Positions 19,036 to 29,199 of a stretch of 64,000 bases of DNA are shown one piece after another (position 1 is the stretch's first letter; each line of letters begins with the position of its first letter). Origin of the DNA: an uncultured bacterium. Its GTDB lineage: Bacteria; Verrucomicrobiota; Verrucomicrobiia; Verrucomicrobiales; DEV007. Location: NCBI GenBank assembly GCA_963977015.1, contig CAXBMO010000001.1, positions 256,001-320,000 of the forward strand, read 5' to 3'. A program made the position numbers and the translations under genes. The notes under the pieces were generated by a model. The model was given only the letters and a program-made list of their open reading frames with translations. It was not told where the DNA came from and did no database searches.

Positions 19036-19044
19036 GGTCTCACC

Positions 19045-20196
19045 CTATCCCTGTTTGGGCCGGCGCCGCGCCGCTTCGGGCTTGGGCGTTGGTGGGCGGT
19101 CCTGGGCGAGGACGGCGGTGCCGGTTTCGTCGCAGACACGGAGCTGGAATTCCCATTGTACGGTCCAGTCGCGCTCCTGCTCATTCTGGCAACACTTGAC
19201 GAGGATCTGGTTGGTGCCTTCACGCAGATCAGCCTTCATCTTGTATTGGTCGATGCGGGCGCCGCGATGGTATTCGTCGCGACCGAAGAGGAGTTCGCCA
19301 TTGAGCCAGACTTTCCAAGCGTTTTTACCACCGAGTCGAAGCTCGACGGATTGGGCTTGGGCGGCGTTGAATTCAGTGTAGGCGTAGGCGACGACATCTT
19401 TCAGGAGGCCGTAGGGCTTGTTGAAGTCGAGTTTGCCGTATTCGTCGGTGGTGACGTAGGGTTGCCAGCTGACTTCGCCGTCTTTGCCGGGATAGGTGGC
19501 GCTGATATTGATCTCCGTTTCCGGCGGGTAGACGGTGTCGAAGCCTTCGCGTTCGGTGTTGTCGAACGGGCCGATGATGTCCCAATGCATGAGGAAGCCG
19601 AAGTGAAGCGGGAGGTCGACTTCCTGCTCTTTTTCGCGAAGCGCTTTGGCGATGGTTTGCACCTGATCGGCGTCGCGCGCGGCGGTAAGGGCCTGTCGAT
19701 AGATGAGGGTGGCGTCGCTGCCTTCGGTGCCCTTGGCTTCGTCGATGAGTCGTTCTACGGCGCGTCGGCGGAGATCAACGCTCGGGTCGTTGAGCATTCC
19801 AGGGACGAGTTTGGCGGCGGTATCAGGATTGGTGCGTTCGATCAGCTCAAAGGCGTAGCTGCGGGCCTGGGGCGCCTGGCGTGGATCGAGGAGAATGGAA
19901 CCAAGCTCGGACATCGGCAGGTTCTTCCCCGCTTTGGTCTCGCGAGCGACAATGGCGTCAACCGCTCCACGGAGGTAGTTGGCAGCGAGTGGGTTGGCGC
20001 CTTCCAATTCCGAGATGATGGCGGGAACTTGTTCCAGACTCGCGTTGCTGAGTTCTTCCCAGGCGGCTCCGGCTTCCGCATTGCCCTGACCTTCCGTTCC
20101 GACGCTGAGAATGGTGGCGATGGCTTCGTCCACTGCGGAGAACGCGTGGGTTGTGAAGCCGATGACGCAAAGAGCGGCGAGAAGAGGAGTTTTCAT
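19045..20196 (-). CDS. Secreted protein with HEAT-like repeats and C-terminal beta-sandwich (PA14/galactose-binding-like) domain
   Basis: Signal peptide; LNDPSVDLRRRAV; WDIIGPFDN, VAYAYT, WKVWLNG, GTNQILVK. Confidence 0.7.
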   Translation of the reverse strand: MKTPLLAALCVIGFTTHAFSAVDEAIATILSVGTEGQGNAEAGAAWEELSNASLEQVPAIISELEGANPLAANYLRGAVDAIVARETKAGKNLPMSELGSILLDPRQAPQARSYAFELIERTNPDTAAKLVPGMLNDPSVDLRRRAVERLIDEAKGTEGSDATLIYRQALTAARDADQVQTIAKALREKEQEVDLPLHFGFLMHWDIIGPFDNTEREGFDTVYPPETEINISATYPGKDGEVSWQPYVTTDEYGKLDFNKPYGLLKDVVAYAYTEFNAAQAQSVELRLGGKNAWKVWLNGELLFGRDEYHRGARIDQYKMKADLREGTNQILVKCCQNEQERDWTVQWEFQLRVCDETGTAVLAQDRPPTPKPEAARRRPKQG

Positions 20197-20246
20197 CGTG
20201 GCGAAGCGTGAAATCGGATGGGGAGACTGTCAACCTGGTTGGTGCG

Positions 20247-21050
20247 TCATTGCGTGGCGATCAGGGCGCGATAGGCAGAGGCGTAGCGTTGGCCGAGTTT
20301 GCGGTAACCGAGGGCGCTGAAGTGGACGAAATCGCCCTTGTGGGTAAGGCCGTCAGAGCGGACAAAAGCGGTGTTGGCGATGGATTTGGGGAGGTTTTGA
20401 TGGGCTTGGTCGACCATGATGCGCCAATCGTCCCAGGCCTTGTTCTCAAACCGTCCCATCTGGCCCGCGATGAAAGGAACGTCCGGATAACCCAGCTCCT
20501 GGCGGAAATTGCGGACAATCCAGTGGAGACGATCCTGATAAAGGGGCGCATTTTTGAAGTTGGAATCGGATTCGCCCTGGTGCCAGAGGATCGCCTTGAG
20601 AGTGCCGACCTTGAGCGCGGCCTTGGCGCGGGGCAACATGTCGTCCCAAGGATGCGTGTTGGTGGAAGGGTGGAAGCCGCCGGGAAGCCAAGTGTCGATG
20701 GGGGAACCGCCGACCGCGCAGGGGATGAGGCCGATCGTGATTTCCGGATTCGATTTCGCGATTTCGATGCCAAAGCTTTTGCCGAGGCCGACTCCGACGA
20801 TCGGTGGCTTGTCGAAGTGCATCGGGTCGACTGCGGGCGTCCATTCCAGCTCCTTGGTGAGCATGAGGACCCGTGGGTGCGGTTTGAGATCGACTTCGGC
20901 GATTTGGCCGCGCCCCGCCATGTTGGATTGGCCGACGAGAAGGAAGAGGTGAAAGTTTTCGCGGGCTGGAAGAGGGGGCTCCTGGGCCAGGGACGAACCA
21001 ATGCTTGAGATCAGCGCCAAGAGCGCCAGAGTTGTGCGGATTGGGGTCAT
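20247..21050 (-). CDS. Sialate O-acetylesterase / CE6-type SGNH esterase
   Basis: LVGQSNMAGRG, CAVGGSPI, WHQGESD, DFVHF; signal peptide. Confidence 0.9.
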   Translation of the reverse strand: MTPIRTTLALLALISSIGSSLAQEPPLPARENFHLFLLVGQSNMAGRGQIAEVDLKPHPRVLMLTKELEWTPAVDPMHFDKPPIVGVGLGKSFGIEIAKSNPEITIGLIPCAVGGSPIDTWLPGGFHPSTNTHPWDDMLPRAKAALKVGTLKAILWHQGESDSNFKNAPLYQDRLHWIVRNFRQELGYPDVPFIAGQMGRFENKAWDDWRIMVDQAHQNLPKSIANTAFVRSDGLTHKGDFVHFSALGYRKLGQRYASAYRALIATQ

Positions 21051-22419
21051 GATGTTTCCGTATCAGAGAATCTGGATTTTTGCAATTGTGCTGAGTCAAT
21101 CCGTTGCGGCGGAGATGGAGCCACTTGTTGTGCTTCAGGAGGAGTGTTTTCGCTGCCACAATCAGGAGAAGCGCAAAGGGGGGCTCATCATGACGAGTCG
21201 TGAGGCGTTGTTGAAGGGGGGCGACTCCGATGCGGCTCTGCTTCCCGGTAATCGCGAGCAAAGCTACCTGTATGAGTTGTTGGCCGAGGATGCAGATCCG
21301 CACATGCCGCCGAAGAAGCAACTGAGCGCGGCGGAGGTTGAGGCGATCGGTCGCTGGATTGATGAAGGCGCGAAGTGGGATGCGTCCGTATTGAAATCGG
21401 AGCGGCGGGAACCGGGAGAGATTCGATTGGGGGCTTTGCCGAAGCGTTATCGGCCGGTGTTGGATTTGGCGGTTTCGCCCGATGAACGTTTGCTGGCGGC
21501 GGCGAGGGGCGATGCGATTGAGGTGTTTGATCTTTCGAGCGAGGAACCCCAACGGGTTGTGACGCTTTTGGGCCACCGGGATGCGGTGCAGTCGCTGGCG
21601 TGGAGCCCGGACGGGAAGGCGCTGGTTTCGGGCGGGTTTCGGCGAATCCTGGTTTGGGATCCGGCCGTCTGGGAATCGGTGGCGACGTTGGAGGAAGGGA
21701 TTCGCGGGCGAGTCACCAGCCTGGCGTTTGTCGGCAGGAAACTGGTTTCGGCGGATTCGGTCCCGGGGCTTCCCGGCAATCTCCAGGTTTGGAGCCTGGA
21801 CGATTGGGCGATCGAAGAGACGATCGAGGCGCATAAAGACTCCATTTTCGATATCGCGGTGAGCCCGGATCGCCAACGCGTCGCCACGGTGAGTGCGGAC
21901 AAGCAGGTTCGGTTGTGGGATGCCTCAACCTGGAAACCCGGACCGGTTCTGGAAGCGCACACCGGTTATGTGCTAACTGCGGAGTTTAGCCCGCAGGGGG
22001 ATCGATTGGCGACGGCGGGTGACGATGAAATGATCAAGGTCTGGGATCTGGAAACGAAGAAGCAGATTCACAGCTTCACGGATCGATTGGCGACTCTGGC
22101 GGTGAACGATTTGATCTGGAGTGTCGATCCCACCAAGAAGCCGGCTGAGCCGAAGGAAGGGGACGTGGCGAAGCCGCTCGATTGGATCGTGGCGGTGACG
22201 GAGGATGGTAAGCCGCGAGCCTACACCGAATTTGTGGTGCATGACGGAACCCAGCGGAGCGGGGGCGCCAGAGCGCGAGCCTGGACAGAGAGCGATGCCT
22301 CGCTGACTTCCCTGGTTTGGCTGCCGCAACTGGGCAAAGTGATTGCGGGAGGCGCGACCGGTGCGTTGGAAATCTGGGATCAAACGGGAAAGCCGCAGGG
22401 AGCCATCGCGCTCGACTGA
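21049..22419 (+). CDS. Planctomycete-type cytochrome c domain plus WD40 repeats
   Basis: CFRCH, KGGL, MPPK..LS..E...I.RWI.EGA, then several GH...WD repeats. Start at 21049/21052 gives a signal peptide; exact start uncertain. Confidence 0.85.
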   Translation: MMFPYQRIWIFAIVLSQSVAAEMEPLVVLQEECFRCHNQEKRKGGLIMTSREALLKGGDSDAALLPGNREQSYLYELLAEDADPHMPPKKQLSAAEVEAIGRWIDEGAKWDASVLKSERREPGEIRLGALPKRYRPVLDLAVSPDERLLAAARGDAIEVFDLSSEEPQRVVTLLGHRDAVQSLAWSPDGKALVSGGFRRILVWDPAVWESVATLEEGIRGRVTSLAFVGRKLVSADSVPGLPGNLQVWSLDDWAIEETIEAHKDSIFDIAVSPDRQRVATVSADKQVRLWDASTWKPGPVLEAHTGYVLTAEFSPQGDRLATAGDDEMIKVWDLETKKQIHSFTDRLATLAVNDLIWSVDPTKKPAEPKEGDVAKPLDWIVAVTEDGKPRAYTEFVVHDGTQRSGGARARAWTESDASLTSLVWLPQLGKVIAGGATGALEIWDQTGKPQGAIALD

Positions 22420-22429
22420 GCAACGCACT

Positions 22430-23368
22430 CTACTCGAGAAGCGGCACCTTCAGGATGTTTTCGCGTTCGAGAACGACGGTCGCGGGAAGTTGATCCGGAT
22501 GCATGTGTTCAGCTTCCTCCGGAAAGAGGACCTTGATTTCCGTGAACCCGCCCTGACGCCATTGCTCTTCGCTCTTGAGCCAGTTTTTGATGAAGTTCGC
22601 AATGGAAACACGGCTCGGCTCACGTGCTTTCTGCAGGGCTTCCTCTGAGCCGGCCCGTTCCTCGAGCTTTTCCGTGATCGTCGTTTCGAGTCTTCGGCGG
22701 CCCGAGTTACTGTCGAAGTTGCGCAGCCAGCTTGAGGTTTTGATGTTCCATTCCTGCTTCCCGGAATCAAAGGCGACGGGAAGGGTCGGGCTGATCGGAG
22801 GGGCGACAACCACGCAGGTGCTGCCGACTTGAGACAGTTCCCAGCAACCATCGAGGGTGACGTGATAGCGGTAGGTGGCATTGACGTTGAGAGTGGTGTC
22901 GATTGACGAGCCTGCCACGTCCATATTGAAAACCCGCCAGTTGCGCGTGTCGGTAAACGTCTCGCGGACTTCAGCCGTGGCCGTTTCCAGTTTGCTGCTG
23001 GATTCGGGTTCCATGTGCGCGGCGATGAACGTCTGGGTGATATTCTCGTTCAGGAAGTTTTCGGAGATGTTGGCAATGCTTTGACCGAACCTCCACACGC
23101 CCTGTGCAGTGAGGTAATAAACGGCGACGACGCCGACCGTGAGGATGAGAACGCATGCGGCGATCATCCCGAAACAGCCCATCCCGCGCTTTTTCTGCTC
23201 GACGTAAACGACGTTGGGCTCGCCTTGGGAGGGATGGGGAGGTGAGGGCTGGATGGGTCCCTCGCCGGGAGGTGCTAAATCGTGGTTGCCGGACCCAACA
23301 CCGCCATTGGCTTCGGAGATCGCTCTTGCGATCGGGTTAATGGGTTCTCCGGAATCTGGGTCGGTCAT
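22430..23368 (-). CDS. Single-pass membrane protein, DUF4230-like
   Basis: Pro-rich N-terminus, KKRGMGC then one TM helix, periplasmic domain with LETA, ATYRYHV, VAP; overlaps udg stop. Confidence 0.55.
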   Translation of the reverse strand: MTDPDSGEPINPIARAISEANGGVGSGNHDLAPPGEGPIQPSPPHPSQGEPNVVYVEQKKRGMGCFGMIAACVLILTVGVVAVYYLTAQGVWRFGQSIANISENFLNENITQTFIAAHMEPESSSKLETATAEVRETFTDTRNWRVFNMDVAGSSIDTTLNVNATYRYHVTLDGCWELSQVGSTCVVVAPPISPTLPVAFDSGKQEWNIKTSSWLRNFDSNSGRRRLETTITEKLEERAGSEEALQKAREPSRVSIANFIKNWLKSEEQWRQGGFTEIKVLFPEEAEHMHPDQLPATVVLERENILKVPLLE

Positions 23369-24297
23369 TTCTTAAAGTAAGCACGTTGTTTGGGAGAAAT
23401 CGGCAGCTGCAGCTTTTCCATCACCATCAGCATATCCTCCCAAACCTTTCGTCGCTCGGTCAGTTGTTTGTTTCTCAAAAGGTAAGATGGATGGAAGGTC
23501 ACCATGGTAGGAATACCGGATAAGTCGTGAAACTGACTTCGCATTCGCGAAACCGATCCCGAAAGACCGAGAAGTCCTTCCGCAGCAGTGCCGCCGAGGG
23601 CCACGACGACGTCGGGCTGAATGACTTCGATCTCTGTCTTCACGAACGCTACGCATGAGGCCATCTCTTCAGATGTCGGCTTGCGATTGGACTCGCCCTG
23701 GTTGGGCAATGCGGGACGAAATTTCACGATATTGCTAATGTAGACGTCTGCACGGGGAATTCCCATCGCCTCAATAATCTTCGTGAGCAATTGTCCGGCT
23801 GGCCCGACGAAGGGTTCGCGCTGGCGTTCTTCTTCCGCGCCAGGTGCTTCGCCGACGAAAACGATTCGCGCGTCCGGGTTTCCCACCGAGAAAACCATCG
23901 TATCGCGCAGGGAATCCAGCTTGCGCGCGGGTTCCCAGTTTTGGGCGCGTTGTTTGAGCCAATCCAGCTTTTCGATCTTGGTCGATCCTTCCGGAGAAAG
24001 CGTTTCGGCGGAAGGGGTGGGCGTATCGGTCTTTTTTCCCAGGTCGGGACGCTCGATTTTGGCAACGTTTCTGGGAGCTTCGTCGCGTTGTGGTTGCGAA
24101 GTTGTCGCCGCAGCTTGGGTGCGGGGAGACGTTGCGGGAGCTTGCTGGCGAGTTTGAGGTGCAGATGACGCCGCCATCGCCCGAAGTTGCTTTCGTGCAA
24201 CGGGCGTTAACCAAATGTGATCTTCGCCTTTGGCTGCCTGCTGCTGAAGCATTTCAATCAAAGCAGATGTGGCGTGTTGGATCGTATTTTGAGACAC
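23365..24297 (-). CDS. udg: Uracil-DNA glycosylase family 4 with N-terminal extension
   Basis: FVGEAPGAEE, PFVGPAGQLL, NIVKFRP, NRKP, TFHPSYLLRN. Confidence 0.92.
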   Translation of the reverse strand: MSQNTIQHATSALIEMLQQQAAKGEDHIWLTPVARKQLRAMAASSAPQTRQQAPATSPRTQAAATTSQPQRDEAPRNVAKIERPDLGKKTDTPTPSAETLSPEGSTKIEKLDWLKQRAQNWEPARKLDSLRDTMVFSVGNPDARIVFVGEAPGAEEERQREPFVGPAGQLLTKIIEAMGIPRADVYISNIVKFRPALPNQGESNRKPTSEEMASCVAFVKTEIEVIQPDVVVALGGTAAEGLLGLSGSVSRMRSQFHDLSGIPTMVTFHPSYLLRNKQLTERRKVWEDMLMVMEKLQLPISPKQRAYFKK

Positions 24298-24439
24298 TCC
24301 TTAATTAAGTCGGGTTCCTAACCCTTTGGCAACTGAGGAAAGCTTCGAATCATGAGAATTATTTCGATCCTTTGTAATCGCCTTTTGGGATGATTGTGTA
24401 AAAATTCACCTGACAAAACCACCAAACCATCGTCACGAC

Positions 24440-25183
24440 ATGTTCAGTAGAATCAGTAATCTCATCCGCGGCTTTTTTGGTCTCTTCATTTCTGGATTGG
24501 AGAAGCGAAGCCCGGAAGCTCTCATTGAAGTGGAGAAAGAGAACCTCCGATCGCAAATTGCCGAGTACAACAAAGGGCTCGCAGCGCATGCGGGACTTTG
24601 TGAGCGGATGATGACCCAGGTGAAAAAAATGGAGAAGCAGGCAGACGAACTCCGCGCCAAAACCGCCGCCAACCTCAAAGCCGGGAATCGTGAACTAGCG
24701 GGCCAATATGCCTATCAATTGAAAGGCCTGAGCTCAAATTTGGAAGAGTCTCGCGCCCAACTTGAAGATGCTGAAAAGACGTATCAGGAACTGATTCGTT
24801 CGCGCGATGTTGCCGTGAAAGGGGCGCGAGAGAAGATCGCAGCGTTGCAACGCGACATCACGGACATGAAGATGAACAAGGCAATGGCAGAACTCAACGA
24901 GATGGCCAGTGGCATGATTTCCGAGATTGGCGGTTCCGGAGACACGCTCGATCGCCTCCATGAAATGGTTCAGGAAGAAAGCGACCAAGCGGCGGGACGC
25001 GCTCGTGTGGCGAGGGACAGTATCGACACCAGCGAGATTGACGTTTTGGAAAGTGAACAAAAGGCGCTCGAAGACATGGCGCTGGCGGACTTTGCCGCCG
25101 AAGCTGGCATCGTGCTGGATGAAGGCTCGAAAGGTGGCGTGGCGGAGTCCGGTGCCGTCGATAGTGGCGAGAAGACGATGTGA
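24440..25183 (+). CDS. pspA: PspA/IM30 (bacterial ESCRT-III-like) family protein
   Basis: N-terminal amphipathic MFSRISNLIRG, ExxxPE, long coiled coil, NLKAGNRELA. Confidence 0.85.
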   Translation: MFSRISNLIRGFFGLFISGLEKRSPEALIEVEKENLRSQIAEYNKGLAAHAGLCERMMTQVKKMEKQADELRAKTAANLKAGNRELAGQYAYQLKGLSSNLEESRAQLEDAEKTYQELIRSRDVAVKGAREKIAALQRDITDMKMNKAMAELNEMASGMISEIGGSGDTLDRLHEMVQEESDQAAGRARVARDSIDTSEIDVLESEQKALEDMALADFAAEAGIVLDEGSKGGVAESGAVDSGEKTM

Positions 25184-25195
25184 GGCTGGCGGAGC

Positions 25196-26152
25196 CTATT
25201 TCCACTCCCAGACGTCGTCCGCAACCAGGTTGGCGGCTTCCCGAAAGGCTTCGGATTGCAACCCGGCTTTCGCTTCCGTGTCGCCTTTCAAATAGGCGTT
25301 CCAGAATTGGGTCGTGACCAGTTGGATGGCTGAGTGGTGATGGGGAATCCGGTTCTCTTTGAAGAATGAGGTATCGGAGAAGGCGAAGTGATTCGCGTCC
25401 TGAAAGACGAGCTGAAATTTGTCGCCTTCCGGCATGGCCCGATAGACGTCGCGACGTGACTCAGCCGGCATGTTAGCCTGAATCGCACTGGTGTCCTTGG
25501 TTCCGGTCAGGCAAAGCACTGGCGAACGAACCTGACCAAACGCTTCGGCCGGCGTGATTCCCTTGCCCGTAGATGGACTCATGAGAATGAAGGCATCGAT
25601 CCGGTCATCTGCGAAGTTGTAGTCGAGAGGGAATTTCTGGCCCATGAGCGCTTGTGAGGTGATGGCGCCAAAGCTGTGTCCGCTGAGGCCAATGTGTTCC
25701 AGATCCAGTTTTCGGAACAAGCGATGGCCTTCTTCCTCATTCCAACGTTCCAACTGATCGATCACGAACGGCACATCGACAAAGCGATTGAGCGACGATT
25801 CCAAATTCGCCGCGCTTTTCATCGCGGCCATCCGCTGGCTTCTCTCCGCCGACTTCCAAACCTTTTCGTCACTGCCAGCATGCTGCATGAACACCGCAGT
25901 GTAACCATGCTTGGCCCATTCGTTGCCGAGAAAGGCGTTGTTGTTGCGTGATCCTCCGAGCCCGTGGGAGAACAGCACGATTGGTTGAGCCGTATCGCCG
26001 GGTTGCTGGTAGATTTTGAGGGGAACCGTTCGGTCACGTTTGGCGTCGACCGGATCAAGTTGGAAAATCTCGACCGAGGGAGAGGTGTCTGCCCGCAAAA
26101 GCGATGGGATCAATAGAGCAAGACTGCACAACACGCGAAAAGGAGGACTCAT
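25196..26152 (-). CDS. Secreted alpha/beta hydrolase (predicted dienelactone hydrolase/PAF-AH-like)
   Basis: FSHGLGG, GHSFG nucleophile elbow, TGTKD, ANHFAF. Confidence 0.85.
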   Translation of the reverse strand: MSPPFRVLCSLALLIPSLLRADTSPSVEIFQLDPVDAKRDRTVPLKIYQQPGDTAQPIVLFSHGLGGSRNNNAFLGNEWAKHGYTAVFMQHAGSDEKVWKSAERSQRMAAMKSAANLESSLNRFVDVPFVIDQLERWNEEEGHRLFRKLDLEHIGLSGHSFGAITSQALMGQKFPLDYNFADDRIDAFILMSPSTGKGITPAEAFGQVRSPVLCLTGTKDTSAIQANMPAESRRDVYRAMPEGDKFQLVFQDANHFAFSDTSFFKENRIPHHHSAIQLVTTQFWNAYLKGDTEAKAGLQSEAFREAANLVADDVWEWK

Positions 26153-26206
26153 AAACAGCCAGACGCCGGGTTTGGAGGAAAGGTTACAACGCTTCTTGGA
26201 TGCGGA

Positions 26207-27625
26207 CTACGATCCAAAGCGAGTCTCGATCCAATCCCCAACTTCCTTGAGGGCTTCCGGCGCAAAGGTTTCTTCCAGAGTTCCATATTCGGTCATCGAC
26301 CCGGTTTCCGAATGCTGAAACAGGTGATTGAGCTTTGGGAGCGTCTTCACCTCAAAATCTGGATTTCCGGCCTTCGTGAGAGCGGCTGTGACGGCTGCCG
26401 AATTGGGCTCGGCCGCAACCTGGACGTCTTTTTCTCCGAACAACGCCAAGACCGGAATCTGGATCTGCTCCAGGTAAGTTGCCGGTACTTCGCTGATGAG
26501 GGAACGGAACCAGGGCGTAACCGTCATCCTGATATTCTGCTGAACCAGCTCTTCGCTGAGTCCGATTTTCTCCTTTTGCTCGGGGCTCATCGTGTCGATT
26601 CGAGCCTTGGAACTGGCGGTTAGCTTCTTGAGAAGGTCATCCTGAGAGATCGACGCGTCTTTGATCATCTCGAGGTCTTCGTTCAGTCCGTTCAAGGCGA
26701 GATCAATCAAGGAGTCTTCAAGCTCCTGGGTTTTCATGATATCGTGATGTTGCTGCCTGAGGAGAGCGTCGAGCGCAACGCCGGGAGGCGCGAGGAGCAC
26801 CAGAAAATCCACGTTCCTGTTCTGAACCGCTACCTTGGGACCGGAGAGCCCCCCTTCACTGTGACCAACAATGCCGATCGCATCCTGTCGCACTTCAGGT
26901 TGCTTCAACAAAAACTCGATCCCGGTGATCGCGTCTTCAGCAAAGTCATCCGTGGTCGAGCCGAGATGGTCTCCTTCCGACTTGGCAACCCCGCGGTCAT
27001 CATAGCGCAGGGAGGCAATTCCCCGGCGAGCAAGGTAGTCGGCAATGACAAGAAAAGGCCGATGACCGACCAACATTTCATCGCGATCTTGAGGGCCGGA
27101 ACCGGTCGAAAAGAGCACCGTGGGAAACGGTCCGTTGCCTTCCGGAATCAGCAAGGTTCCTGCCAGGGCAATGTTGGCCGCCTCATTGCGAAAGGTGACT
27201 TCTTTGCTGTGATACGGGAAGGGCGGTTTTGGCGTTTGGGGGCGAGTGAGAGTCAAAGCTTCCTGGGTTGATTTTAACTTGAAGGTCAGTTTCTGCGGGC
27301 CCTGCTCAAAGTCGCCCTCAATCGTTGTTCCATCCTCGCTGAGCTTTCCCCGGAAGCTCGGATTTCCGGGAATTCCAGCCATCGCGAATCGCACCTGTTC
27401 GGCTTCGACTCCAACGCTGGAAAGCGCAAAACCTGCCAATCCCTGAGCTGGAATATCGATGGTGCCTGTCCAGGTTTCGCCCTTCTTCTCCAGGTTGACC
27501 TGGATCTGAAGTTCGGCGTTGCCCGGCAAATGAATCGCTCCCTTCCACATGCCGCTTGGGGTTTCGCCCAGAGCAATGGTGATCAGAGTACAGAAAAGAA
27601 ATGGAAGCAGGAAATGGGGTTTCAT
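26207..27625 (-). CDS. Secreted alpha/beta hydrolase (serine aminopeptidase-like)
   Basis: Start MKPHFLLPF; GSGPQDRDE, RYDDRG, GHSEGG, GEKDVQV, LNHLFQ. Confidence 0.88.
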   Translation of the reverse strand: MKPHFLLPFLFCTLITIALGETPSGMWKGAIHLPGNAELQIQVNLEKKGETWTGTIDIPAQGLAGFALSSVGVEAEQVRFAMAGIPGNPSFRGKLSEDGTTIEGDFEQGPQKLTFKLKSTQEALTLTRPQTPKPPFPYHSKEVTFRNEAANIALAGTLLIPEGNGPFPTVLFSTGSGPQDRDEMLVGHRPFLVIADYLARRGIASLRYDDRGVAKSEGDHLGSTTDDFAEDAITGIEFLLKQPEVRQDAIGIVGHSEGGLSGPKVAVQNRNVDFLVLLAPPGVALDALLRQQHHDIMKTQELEDSLIDLALNGLNEDLEMIKDASISQDDLLKKLTASSKARIDTMSPEQKEKIGLSEELVQQNIRMTVTPWFRSLISEVPATYLEQIQIPVLALFGEKDVQVAAEPNSAAVTAALTKAGNPDFEVKTLPKLNHLFQHSETGSMTEYGTLEETFAPEALKEVGDWIETRFGS

Positions 27626-27690
27626 GAGCGGCTTCTCAAAGGGTTCGAGTTGACGTGGCTTTACCTGAACACCTGTGCGATGATTTGTCG

Positions 27691-28218
27691 ATGAAGCAGT
27701 TTCTCCACCTTTCACTGCTCGGCCTGGTGCTTTTGTTGACGGGGTGTCAGGACGTTGTCGAATCCCCGTCTGGGCTTCCGCCTTATCGCTTCAAATTTGG
27801 CGTGGTGCAGAATGGGCAGATCATCGTTGTGGCTGAAAATCGCATCCCTTTTCGGCCGGGAACCGAGTATGGCTGGACCCTCGATCTCCAAAATCCCGGC
27901 GGGACGGTGTTGGTGAAGGAAGTGTTTACCTTGCCTTCGCCAACGGCCTGGAAATTCGACAATTTGGAGAAGATGGCCGGTCAAACAGAGGCGACCAAGA
28001 CAGAGAAGATCCGAATCGAGGAAAGTGGACAGGTGTTCAGCAAGGAAATGGAAGTGACTGCGGACGAAACCGTTTCCCATCTCAGCACCTACAAGATTCT
28101 TGCGAGTGATCCGTTGGGGAGTTATCGGCTGGAACTTTTTCTCAACGGTCAACCCGCCATCGTGCTCGAATTCACCCTGGTCAAAGACGAGGGCGAAAAG
28201 AAGGTGCGCTTGTCTTGA
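27691..28218 (+). CDS. Hypothetical lipoprotein
   Basis: MKQFLHLSLLGLVLLLTGC lipobox; beta-sandwich-like end (DPLGSYRLELFLNG). Confidence 0.7.
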   Translation: MKQFLHLSLLGLVLLLTGCQDVVESPSGLPPYRFKFGVVQNGQIIVVAENRIPFRPGTEYGWTLDLQNPGGTVLVKEVFTLPSPTAWKFDNLEKMAGQTEATKTEKIRIEESGQVFSKEMEVTADETVSHLSTYKILASDPLGSYRLELFLNGQPAIVLEFTLVKDEGEKKVRLS

Positions 28219-28226
28219 AAGGCAGA

Positions 28227-29120
28227 TTAATCCTCGTCGTTGCCTTGCGGGCATGCGTCACCAATTTGCTCCGTTTCCAGGGTGACGTGTTCGAACCCTT
28301 TCCCATCGAGGAGGGCGCGAACTTTCCCTTTCAGACCGGGGATGTCTGTAACCTGGTGGTCAAGCACCAGGTGCGCGGTTAACACATGACTCTCGCCATC
28401 GATCGTCCAGCAGTGGATATGATGGAGGGACTCAATTCCGTCCAGCTCGCCCGCTTCGCGCTCAAACTCGTCCGCATCAAAACCCTCGGGCGTCCTTTGC
28501 AGAATGACGGCAAAGACCTTGGAAAGATTTCGAACCACATTCCAGAGCACAAATACGGAAATGCCGATGGAAAGGAGAGGGTCGACGATCGGCAATTTCC
28601 AAATCGCCATCACGGCCGCTCCAATTAACACAGCCATCCAGCCAAGCGTGTCTTCGAGGAGATGCCAATTCACCAATCTCTCGGTGAGAGAATGACCGTG
28701 CTTCATCCGCAACACCGCTGCCCCATTGAAGACTACTCCGAGGATGGCAAGCCCGATCATTCCCGGGGCATGAACCTCTTGGGGATCCGCCAGGCGTCCG
28801 ATCGCGTGATAGAGCACGAATCCCAAGCCGGCCAGCAACATCAATCCGGTGATCAATCCACCCATCAGTCGAAAGCGGCGGTAGCCGTAGGTGTGCTGGG
28901 CATCGCGATGGCGGACGGACAGTCTCTCGAAATACCATGCCAGCCCCAACGAAATCGAATCCCCCAAATCATGGACCGAGTCGGTCAGAATCGCGATGCT
29001 ATTGGTCCAAAACCCGCCCGCGATTTCGAGAATCGTGAATCCGAAGTTCAGGAAAAACGCAATCTTCAGATTCTCGCTGCTGCTGGGATGGTGGTGATCG
29101 TGCAATTGTCTGTCTCTCAA
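28227..29120 (-). CDS. Cation diffusion facilitator (CzcD/ZitB-like Zn/Co/Cd exporter)
   Basis: His-rich N-terminus, NSIAILTDSVHDLGD, HTYGYRR, HLLEDTLG, HIHCW, HVTLE. Confidence 0.92.
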   Translation of the reverse strand: MRDRQLHDHHHPSSSENLKIAFFLNFGFTILEIAGGFWTNSIAILTDSVHDLGDSISLGLAWYFERLSVRHRDAQHTYGYRRFRLMGGLITGLMLLAGLGFVLYHAIGRLADPQEVHAPGMIGLAILGVVFNGAAVLRMKHGHSLTERLVNWHLLEDTLGWMAVLIGAAVMAIWKLPIVDPLLSIGISVFVLWNVVRNLSKVFAVILQRTPEGFDADEFEREAGELDGIESLHHIHCWTIDGESHVLTAHLVLDHQVTDIPGLKGKVRALLDGKGFEHVTLETEQIGDACPQGNDED

Positions 29121-29199
29121 TAGTCGAAATCCTGCCTCATTTCATTATGGAAAGTGACTATCGGCTCGCGCCGTTCGTCCTGGCAGGATAAGTTGGCTG

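Noticed and set aside
17403-19044. Canonical oriC at the skew switch
   Set aside because: No DnaA-box cluster (TTATCCACA) and no dnaA/dnaN/gidA nearby.
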